From a virus: DNA of 64,000 bases. The notes beneath the pieces are model-generated. The model made no database searches and was not told the origin of the DNA. It worked only from the letters and a program-made list of their open reading frames with translations. The stretch's first letter is position 1. Each line of letters begins with the position of its first letter. The position numbers and the translations under genes were made by a program. The stretch is from positions 37,232 through 101,231 of the IMG/VR virus record IMGVR_UViG_3300033120_001080, one strand, 5' to 3'. This document shows, piece by piece, positions 56,684-64,000 of the stretch.

Positions 56684-57205
56684 ATGACACATAAATTCAC
56701 CATAGACAAAGAATTCTCATTTGAAGCTGGCCACAGGGTGTGGGCGCAGAAACTAAATCACCAACATCTCAGCATCTCCACAGAGTGCTCTTGCCAACAT
56801 CTGCATGGCCACAGTTATACCATCAAAGTGTTTTTGGGGGCAGATCAACTGGACCAATCCAGCATGGTCACTGACTTTAAAAATCTAAATTTTATGAAGC
56901 AGTTCGTTGACAATGTGCTGGATCACAAATTCATCATCGACATCAATGATCCGCTGTTCCCTATGATTACCACTGCGGATCGCCCGAAAGAAGTAAAAGA
57001 CTTCACCAACCTGGCCAGCTATCTCAAGGAACCGCCGGGGAATGCTTTTCTGGAGAGTTTTGTATTGGTGAATTTTGTGCCGACATCTGAAAATCTCTGC
57101 AAGCATATCATGGAATATGCACAGACCATGATCGGTGAGGTGGCCACTGTGGTGGCTGTGGAATTGTGGGAGACCAAAAAATCACACTGTAGATATCAAG
57201 CCTAA
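56684..57205 (+). CDS. queD: QueD / 6-carboxytetrahydropterin synthase
   Basis: FEAGHR, CQHLHGHSY, MVTDF, LDH, PTSEN, WET. Confidence 0.9.
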   Translation: MTHKFTIDKEFSFEAGHRVWAQKLNHQHLSISTECSCQHLHGHSYTIKVFLGADQLDQSSMVTDFKNLNFMKQFVDNVLDHKFIIDINDPLFPMITTADRPKEVKDFTNLASYLKEPPGNAFLESFVLVNFVPTSENLCKHIMEYAQTMIGEVATVVAVELWETKKSHCRYQA

Positions 57206-57263
57206 CTGCAAGCCACCGAACGGTGGCTTTTTGTTGTGGATAAATATCCAAAAGGAGACGCAC

Positions 57264-57656
57264 ATGGCCATAGGACCAGAGCTTGTTGACATCGGACTGC
57301 AGGGCAACGACGGCACCGGTGACAGTATTCGTGAAAGTTTTCGCAAAATAAACGCCAATTTTGTCAAATCAGTCAGCATCACCAGTCTAGAATTGGCTGC
57401 CGAAGCAGTGGCTGAAATCTCATCCACTGGAATAACTCCGCTGATCACTGTGATGTTGTCGGGCAATGGCACGGTGAAATTGCCAGCCATGCCTGAAATC
57501 GTGGGTGCACAAACCATTATTAGAAACAGAACGCCCAATTCTCACACCCTGACTGTGAAGAATTCCTCAGATCAAACCATCAGGATCATCGCCCCCAACA
57601 GCGCGGCACAGTTTGCATACGATGGGTTTTCCTGGTTTTCCATTTCATCGGTGTAA
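57264..57656 (+). CDS. Baseplate/tail structural protein (gp9/gp10-like N-terminus)
   Basis: IG..GNDGTGDSIRESFRKINANF; TAAATA upstream. Confidence 0.75.
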   Translation: MAIGPELVDIGLQGNDGTGDSIRESFRKINANFVKSVSITSLELAAEAVAEISSTGITPLITVMLSGNGTVKLPAMPEIVGAQTIIRNRTPNSHTLTVKNSSDQTIRIIAPNSAAQFAYDGFSWFSISSV

Positions 57657-57707
57657 ATTTCCACTCTGGTGCTGTGACCAGCAGTAAATACTCTAAACGG
57701 AGTTAGC

Positions 57708-60700
57708 ATGGCACTAGACATATGGACAGAGTCTTCTGAGTATAACCTGGGTTGGATCATCAACCCCGTAACAGGCATCATAGAAGAGGGAACACCAGTA
57801 AACATCCCTCTGCCAGCGCGGCCAACAGTGCCAGCCACGTTCAGTTTGATTTCAGGAAATCTACCGCAGGGGCTGCTGGTGTCAGGCAGTGCCATCACCG
57901 GCACTGCCGCCGAAGTCAGTGGTGTCACTGAATATCGATTTGTAATTCGCGCCACTGACGGGCAGTCGGTGTCTGATCGAACATTTAAATTGGTGGTGTC
58001 TGGAGAAGATCTACCAACATGGGTCACACCAGCGGGAGTTTTGCCAGTGGGCCCCAATCAACTGAAGTTCACGCTGGATAATCGACCAGTGAATTTTCAA
58101 TTGACCGCCACTGACACAGATCCACTGGCTGAGTTAACCTACTACATACCGGCCAACGGCGGTGATCTCCCGTCAGGATTACAACTGACTGCCAGTGGAT
58201 TAATCACTGGAATCGTTGATCCACTATATCAGTCTCCACAAGTGCCACTGCTGGGCAATTACGATTCTGCTGCATATGACACCGATGGATTTTCATTTGA
58301 AGGTGATTCGTCAGAACCCGGCATATCATTGACGCCAGTGGCGCTGGGTAAATTGTCCACGTTTAATGTAGCCTGCACTGATGGCCGGAACACTGTCACC
58401 AGAATTTTTCAAATTTATGTATTCAGCGCAGACCTATTGAGTGCAGACTCAGTGGCGCTGAGGGCTGGCAACAATACCTTGACTGCTGACAGCACTGATC
58501 TACGATCCCCGGCGTTTAGTACCAGTTCAGATCTCGGCGAGTATCGTGCCAGTAATTATCAGATAATGAAGATTTCGTCATACAACGGCATCACTGGTAC
58601 CGATGCTGTGTTTTTTGATTTGTTGCCCAACAACCCTGATTGTGTTGGGTGGACCTTGCAGGTTATGACTCCGACGAATCAACAAGGATCAGGATATCTG
58701 CGCATGATCAATGTCAGCGGCATTCCCCAAGTGGGGCATCGTTTTACCATGGTCAGAGATTTCTACGGTGCTACCTCAGAGATGTACACAGTCACGCAGG
58801 TCACTGAAGAATCGCCGGGTAGATATTTATTGGGAATCTCTCCGGAACTGTCCACAGATGTTCCGGACTTGACCACCATATATTTGGGCGCACCAGGGCA
58901 GCTACCGCCGGGGATGACATTCGACCCAGAAAATTCAGTGATCCATGGTGAGATACCCTATCAGCCAGCAGTGAGTATAACTTACACATTCACAATCAAA
59001 GCCACCAGGGTCAATGATAAACAACAGGTATCATCTGCGCTGGCTACGTTCAATATCAAGGTCATCGGGGAAATTGACACCTCAATCAAGTGGGAATCCC
59101 CGACCACTGTTGGGTCATTGATCATGGGGGCACCCAGCATGCTGCGGTTGGCGGCCACCACACCTTATGAACAATCTCGAATTGTGTATTCCTTGAAGTC
59201 AGGCCAATTGCCACCAGGCATAACTTTGACTTCTGATGGATCACTGGTGGGTCGAGCACAGTATCCTGATATAATCAACGTTCAATTTGTGCAGCGCACC
59301 CAATCAAAGGCAGTGGTGGTCACCGCCACTGACCATCAATTGACTGCCCAAGATACCGTGAACATTGGGGTCACAGCCGATGGGTTTTCATCAACAGCAG
59401 AAATCTCACTGACCCAGGCCACAGTGGACGAGCTAGTTGAAACCGATTCATACAACGGATTATTCCTCAACACCTATCGCATCCAGCCAATTGGCGATCA
59501 GCCCCTGTTGTGCCCAGAATACACTGACATCAGCGGTTTGGCAGCGGCCACCACCGAGGCTCTGTCAGTGGTGGTGTCAGCTAAACACACCAGTGGTCGC
59601 GGCACAGACGCTGTGTTTTTAATACGCAGGCCTGCCAGTGATTCTATAGATTACGCTGAGTTAGCGCAGGATAGCGCGGATGCAGCGTTTATTACGCTGC
59701 TGCATGCAGGCGCAGGATATCAACCGGGGGATTCGATCACCGTGTCTGGATCAGATCTCGGCGGTCAAACGCCAGACAATGATTTAACGTTCACAGTGCC
59801 GTCGGGCATGGAATTTTGGTACAATATCACCAAGGGGCAGGTCGATGATCGAGTATTGATGTCCGGAGTCCGGACACAAAACAATACCACCTATATCAAT
59901 GTGGTGTCAGAATCTGCGATTTCGTCGGATATACAAGGGGCAGTGATGACCTCGGCCAATCATCTCTTCTACAATAATGCTGGAGTCGATGTGCCCATGC
60001 AAGCCACCACCGGTGCTATCGATGCGGTAATGACACAGCCGCAATATCCAACACAATATCAATTTACGGCCAGCGCACTAGATAAAGTCAGGTACAGTGA
60101 GGTGGTGTCGGATTTTGTCATAGAAGTGGAACCGTTCACTGGTACGAGGTTCAGCAACATAAACATGGTACCCATGCTGTCACCATCAGACAGAGACCGG
60201 TGGTCAGAGTTTGTCAATGACTCCACCGTGTTCCCTCCAGAATTATTGTATAGAATCAATGACCCTGAATTCGGAGTACAACGAATCATGTCATCGATTA
60301 TATATGGCGGTATCGAAACCAAACTCGCAGACCAGTACATGCCAGCTATTCTGTCTAATACTCGATCCAAACGTTTTAATTTTGGTCTGGTAAAAAAAGC
60401 ATCAGCCATTGACCTCAAAACATCGCAAACAATCTACGAGGTGGTGTATGTTGAGTTGATTGATCCATTGGAACTCGATGGCAGATATCTTCCAAAAACC
60501 ATACAATTTGGGCCCGATGACCACACACAGAAGAATCCAGTCAGCATCAGCATATGGCGAGATCAAATCAATGCCATCCCTGGTATTAAAAAAGAAAGAA
60601 GGTTTTTGCCTCAATGGATGAGAAGTACCCAGCCAGGCGACGCGTCTGAACTGGGATTTGTGCTGGCGGTGCCTATCTGTTATTGCCAACCTGGCACCGC

Positions 60701-60848
60701 CGACACAGTGGTGGACAACATCAACAACGGTGGGTTTGATTTCTCATCAATCAATTACACCGTGGATAGGTTCGTTATTGATCACACGCTGGATGCCAAC
60801 CATCCTGCATACTTGCCATTTAGCACATCTGAGTCAAACATAAGATAA
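57708..60848 (+). CDS. Large Ig-repeat structural protein (probable baseplate wedge)
   Basis: Repeated SG.LP.GL....G.I.G Ig motifs; YEVVYVELID, LPQWM; TAAATA upstream. Confidence 0.78.
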   Translation: MALDIWTESSEYNLGWIINPVTGIIEEGTPVNIPLPARPTVPATFSLISGNLPQGLLVSGSAITGTAAEVSGVTEYRFVIRATDGQSVSDRTFKLVVSGEDLPTWVTPAGVLPVGPNQLKFTLDNRPVNFQLTATDTDPLAELTYYIPANGGDLPSGLQLTASGLITGIVDPLYQSPQVPLLGNYDSAAYDTDGFSFEGDSSEPGISLTPVALGKLSTFNVACTDGRNTVTRIFQIYVFSADLLSADSVALRAGNNTLTADSTDLRSPAFSTSSDLGEYRASNYQIMKISSYNGITGTDAVFFDLLPNNPDCVGWTLQVMTPTNQQGSGYLRMINVSGIPQVGHRFTMVRDFYGATSEMYTVTQVTEESPGRYLLGISPELSTDVPDLTTIYLGAPGQLPPGMTFDPENSVIHGEIPYQPAVSITYTFTIKATRVNDKQQVSSALATFNIKVIGEIDTSIKWESPTTVGSLIMGAPSMLRLAATTPYEQSRIVYSLKSGQLPPGITLTSDGSLVGRAQYPDIINVQFVQRTQSKAVVVTATDHQLTAQDTVNIGVTADGFSSTAEISLTQATVDELVETDSYNGLFLNTYRIQPIGDQPLLCPEYTDISGLAAATTEALSVVVSAKHTSGRGTDAVFLIRRPASDSIDYAELAQDSADAAFITLLHAGAGYQPGDSITVSGSDLGGQTPDNDLTFTVPSGMEFWYNITKGQVDDRVLMSGVRTQNNTTYINVVSESAISSDIQGAVMTSANHLFYNNAGVDVPMQATTGAIDAVMTQPQYPTQYQFTASALDKVRYSEVVSDFVIEVEPFTGTRFSNINMVPMLSPSDRDRWSEFVNDSTVFPPELLYRINDPEFGVQRIMSSIIYGGIETKLADQYMPAILSNTRSKRFNFGLVKKASAIDLKTSQTIYEVVYVELIDPLELDGRYLPKTIQFGPDDHTQKNPVSISIWRDQINAIPGIKKERRFLPQWMRSTQPGDASELGFVLAVPICYCQPGTADTVVDNINNGGFDFSSINYTVDRFVIDHTLDANHPAYLPFSTSESNIR

Positions 60849-61081
60849 TGATACATCCACTGATAGATAACTTGAAAGATTTCAAAGAAGCTGAGCTGGA
60901 ATCCAAGGTCAGCGAACTGAGTAAAAAGTATTACCAAACCAATAATCCAGATCTCAAGCATCAGATAGCCATGTTGTTGGACATGTATCGTGCCGAACTG
61001 CAGGCACGTCGATCTGCCACCTGGGACAAATTATACCAAAACAGAGACAAGGGTCTGGACAAACTAATCAACATTGATTAA
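60848..61081 (+). CDS. Hypothetical protein
   Basis: TAATG overlap with the upstream gene. Confidence 0.75.
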   Translation: MIHPLIDNLKDFKEAELESKVSELSKKYYQTNNPDLKHQIAMLLDMYRAELQARRSATWDKLYQNRDKGLDKLINID

Positions 61082-61147
61082 CTTGACTTGTTGTCAATGA
61101 TGTCCTACAATAGGCACAACTTCCAGGGAGTGTCTTAGGTAGACATC

Positions 61148-61657
61148 ATGATTCAGGACAAATTCGGTCACGCCCTCTACCAGATACCTGATTTGGTAAA
61201 CCTAATATATTCAGGAAATATTCAAGATATACCATCAGTGTTGGTGGAACCCAATGCAGACACCGTTCAGTTTGAACAGGAGTCTGGAATTCAACTCAGA
61301 AAAATTGAGGAATCTCAGTACCATAAAACTGTGGCCGAGTTTGACGAAGAAAAACAAAAAACTTGGTTGATCCCGACTGACTACTTGGAATTGGATGTGC
61401 TACAGTTCTGTTTGCAGAGATGCAGCAACTCTACCGAGCAACAACGAGTTTTGGATGAGATGGCAGTGTTTGAACAAAAAGGCATGATTCCAGTGCTGCA
61501 GACACTGAAATACCTAGTGGACGCATTTAGAGAAAACCAGGTACTCTGGGGTGTTGGTCGCGGTAGCTCAGTGGCCAGTTATGTGTTGTATCTCATTGGG
61601 GTACATCGCATTGACAGTGTAAAATACAACTTAGATTGGCGAGAATTTTTAAGATAA
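61148..61657 (+). CDS. DNA polymerase III alpha (DnaE) fragment
   Basis: GVGRGSSVASYVLYLIGVHRIDSVKYNLDWREFL. Confidence 0.8.
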   Translation: MIQDKFGHALYQIPDLVNLIYSGNIQDIPSVLVEPNADTVQFEQESGIQLRKIEESQYHKTVAEFDEEKQKTWLIPTDYLELDVLQFCLQRCSNSTEQQRVLDEMAVFEQKGMIPVLQTLKYLVDAFRENQVLWGVGRGSSVASYVLYLIGVHRIDSVKYNLDWREFLR

Positions 61658-61668
61658 AGGAGAAAGAC

Positions 61669-61881
61669 ATGCCCATGAAGGAACCGCCCATGAAGATTCA
61701 CAAAACCATGCAAGGCAAACACATTGACATTGACTCGTTGCGTCAGAAGCACGAGCAGACTCTGGCTGTGGGAAATGCGCGAGTCAACGCACGCGGGGAC
61801 GAAATCGGCCCCGGCGGTGTGATCGTCAAAAAGCGTGAAAACATTGCTGATGAATACTATACTGGTAAAAAAGAAATTTAA
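61669..61881 (+). CDS. Hypothetical protein
   Basis: AVGNARVNARGDEIGPGG. Confidence 0.75.
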   Translation: MPMKEPPMKIHKTMQGKHIDIDSLRQKHEQTLAVGNARVNARGDEIGPGGVIVKKRENIADEYYTGKKEI

Positions 61882-61893
61882 CTTGGAGCAAGT

Positions 61894-62232
61894 ATGAATC
61901 CCATTGAAGGTCGAATTATCCCCCTGCATGCGAATATTTTGGTCACTGACATGCATTTTGATGAACAAACCACCAGCAGTGGTATTGTGATTCGCAGTGA
62001 CGACGGAAAATCTCACGGTGTCAAACCCCGGTGGTGCAGGGTCTGGGCTGTGGGACCTGAACAACAGTCAGTCAACATCGGGGATTGGCTGCTGGTAGAG
62101 CACGGTCGATGGACTCGTGGCACCACTGTGCTGGATCAGGACAAAGAAATTGTCATCAGGATGGTGGACGAAGATGCCATCCTGATGATCAGTGATGAAA
62201 AACCCAACGACGTTTATCTGGGGATCGAATGA
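61894..62232 (+). CDS. groES: GroES-like co-chaperonin
   Basis: IIPLHANILV..EQTTSSGIVI..VWAVGP..IGD..EDAIL. Confidence 0.78.
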   Translation: MNPIEGRIIPLHANILVTDMHFDEQTTSSGIVIRSDDGKSHGVKPRWCRVWAVGPEQQSVNIGDWLLVEHGRWTRGTTVLDQDKEIVIRMVDEDAILMISDEKPNDVYLGIE

Positions 62233-62660
62233 AACTACAATTCAAGCGTATATCTAAACTGGCAAAGGCGCCGGTTTATTCTTCTGAGGGTGCGGCATGT
62301 TTTGATATTCACTGCACCAATGGCGGCAAGATAATGCCTGGCGAAGCCATGGAGTTTTCCACAGGATTGGTGGTGGAAGTCCCGCAGGGTTACGGGCTGT
62401 TTCTGTTCTCCCGCAGCGGTCATGGCTTTAAATCCAGCACCAGACTGGCCAACTGTGTGGGGGTCATTGACAGCGACTACCGTGGAGAAATCAAAGTAAA
62501 GCTGCACAATGACAGCAGCAAATATTTTCTGCAGGTCAACGCCGGTGAACGAATTGTTCAGGGGGTGTTGCTGCACACCGAGCAGATCGATCTGGTTGAA
62601 GTCACTGATGTGAGTGAAACCCAGCGCGGCGAAGGCGGATTTGGTAGCACTGGTGTGTGA
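62229..62660 (+). CDS. dut: dUTPase
   Basis: AACFD, RSG, GVIDSDYRGEI, RIVQ, RGEGGFGSTG. Confidence 0.95.
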   Translation: MKLQFKRISKLAKAPVYSSEGAACFDIHCTNGGKIMPGEAMEFSTGLVVEVPQGYGLFLFSRSGHGFKSSTRLANCVGVIDSDYRGEIKVKLHNDSSKYFLQVNAGERIVQGVLLHTEQIDLVEVTDVSETQRGEGGFGSTGV

Positions 62661-62716
62661 TGTCCGAGTGTGGCGGGCATCCGCCACATTTTTTAAAACG
62701 TATTCAAGGGAATTAC

Positions 62717-64000
62717 ATGTCGATTACTTCCATGTGGGTGGACAAATACAATCCGACGACTCTGGACGATTACGTGTTCAGAGATGAACAACAAAAAGAA
62801 ATAATAATGGAATGGGTGGCCAACAAGTCCATCCCACATCTGTTATTGAGTGGCTCGCCGGGTGTGGGCAAGTGTCTTGCCGGTACCGAGCTGGTGGAGG
62901 TGATCATTAACCATGGTTCCCCGCTGACGTTGCCCATCTCTGAACTGTTTACTCGACTTGGCATCAGTGATGTGGAATATGACACCCCAGTGGAGTCTGC
63001 GCAGCTGGTGCAAATCCGTACCCTGTCTGGGTATGCTCCGGTGCGTGCGTTTGTCAAAAAGCATCATCAGGCGGCTGAGTATCAGCTGAAATCCGGCAAA
63101 ACCATCGCCTGTTCCACGCACCATCTGGTGTTTAGTCAGGGGGTGCCCACGTTGATCAAAGATTGCCAGTATGTTGACACCACTGACGGAGCAGATCTGA
63201 TACTGTGGAGTGCTGACATCGGTGAAATTGATGTCTATGACGTGGCCTTGGATGCCCCGCATCAGTATGTCACGCCCAATGGCATCATTCACCACAACAC
63301 CACACTGGCACGAGTGTTGTTTAATGAACTGGGCATCAACCCCCTGGATATATTAGAAATCAACGCCAGTCGAAACAACTCAGTTGACGACATCAGAAAT
63401 AAAATCATCAATTTTGTGGAGATGATGCCATTTGGTGACTTCAAAGTGGTGTTGCTGGACGAGGCCGATTTTCTTTCAGCCAACGCACAGGCAGCACTGC
63501 GCGGTGTTACTTCAGAGTACAGCGAGACCGCCAGATTCGTACTGACCTGTAATTACCCCAACCGTGTGATCCCTGCTCTGCACAGTCGTTGCCAGGGGTT
63601 CCACATTGAATCAGTGGACATCACAGAGTTCACAGCCAGGGTGGCTCGTATCCTGATCAACGAGGATGTGATATTTGATCTCGATACCCTGGATACTTTT
63701 GTCAAAGCCACCTACCCAGATCTGCGCAAATGCATCAATCAAGTGCAGATGTGTAGCCGCAACGGCACCCTGTTTGTATCTGATTCTGCTGACAGTGCTG
63801 GATCTGAGTACATGATAAAAATGGTGGAGTTGTTCAAGCAGGGAAAAATCTCTGAGGCCAGAAAGGTGGTGTGTGAAAATGCCAGGCCCGAGGAAATCGA
63901 GGACATATATCGATGGTTATACAATAATCTAGAATATCTGGGCCGCACCGAAACTCAGCAGGAGCAGGCCATCTTGATCATCAAGCAGGGGCTGGTGGAC
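62717..64000 (+). CDS. Sliding-clamp loader AAA+ subunit (RFC/gp44-like), intein-containing, runs off the window
   Basis: WVDKYNP, SGSPGVGK|TT, EINAS, LLDEAD, ALHSRC, YPDLRK. Confidence 0.92.
   Translation, partial: MSITSMWVDKYNPTTLDDYVFRDEQQKEIIMEWVANKSIPHLLLSGSPGVGKCLAGTELVEVIINHGSPLTLPISELFTRLGISDVEYDTPVESAQLVQIRTLSGYAPVRAFVKKHHQAAEYQLKSGKTIACSTHHLVFSQGVPTLIKDCQYVDTTDGADLILWSADIGEIDVYDVALDAPHQYVTPNGIIHHNTTLARVLFNELGINPLDILEINASRNNSVDDIRNKIINFVEMMPFGDFKVVLLDEADFLSANAQAALRGVTSEYSETARFVLTCNYPNRVIPALHSRCQGFHIESVDITEFTARVARILINEDVIFDLDTLDTFVKATYPDLRKCINQVQMCSRNGTLFVSDSADSAGSEYMIKMVELFKQGKISEARKVVCENARPEEIEDIYRWLYNNLEYLGRTETQQEQAILIIKQGLVD
62873..63298 (+). mobile_element. Mini-intein (142 aa) in Walker A
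   Basis: GK|CLAGTE...CSTHH...VYDV...NGIIHHN|T; no endonuclease domain. Confidence 0.92.

Noticed and set aside
62770..63948. Minus-strand ORFs in the track
   Set aside because: The real gene is the + strand clamp loader, which has no stop inside the window

Overview
This 64-kb window reads as part of a large lytic myovirus (T4-like/jumbo phage). The host is probably a betaproteobacterium, judged from the porin family. Almost all genes are on the + strand and translate with the standard code. It contains 14 tRNA genes; tRNA-Arg(UCU) is split by a 613-nt group I intron that itself carries a tRNA-shaped domain in P5. Several non-tRNA structured RNA candidates sit between the tRNAs, and an ~850-nt ORF-poor hairpin-rich tract with a tandem 10-mer lies near the start. 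RNA/tRNA maintenance genes include TilS next to tRNA-Ile2(CAU), Thg1, an RNA ligase, a Pth2-like protein, nucleotidyltransferases, phosphoesterases and a DUF2828/TROVE-like VWA protein. Host-like genes include a porin, SOD, ClpP, QueD, a TAXI solute-binding protein and GroES. Replication genes include DNA ligase, dUTPase, a DnaE fragment and a clamp loader with a mini-intein. An intact IS607 (TnpA + TnpB) and many small paralogous hypothetical genes fill the accessory region. All calls come from reading motifs by eye; no database searches were run.
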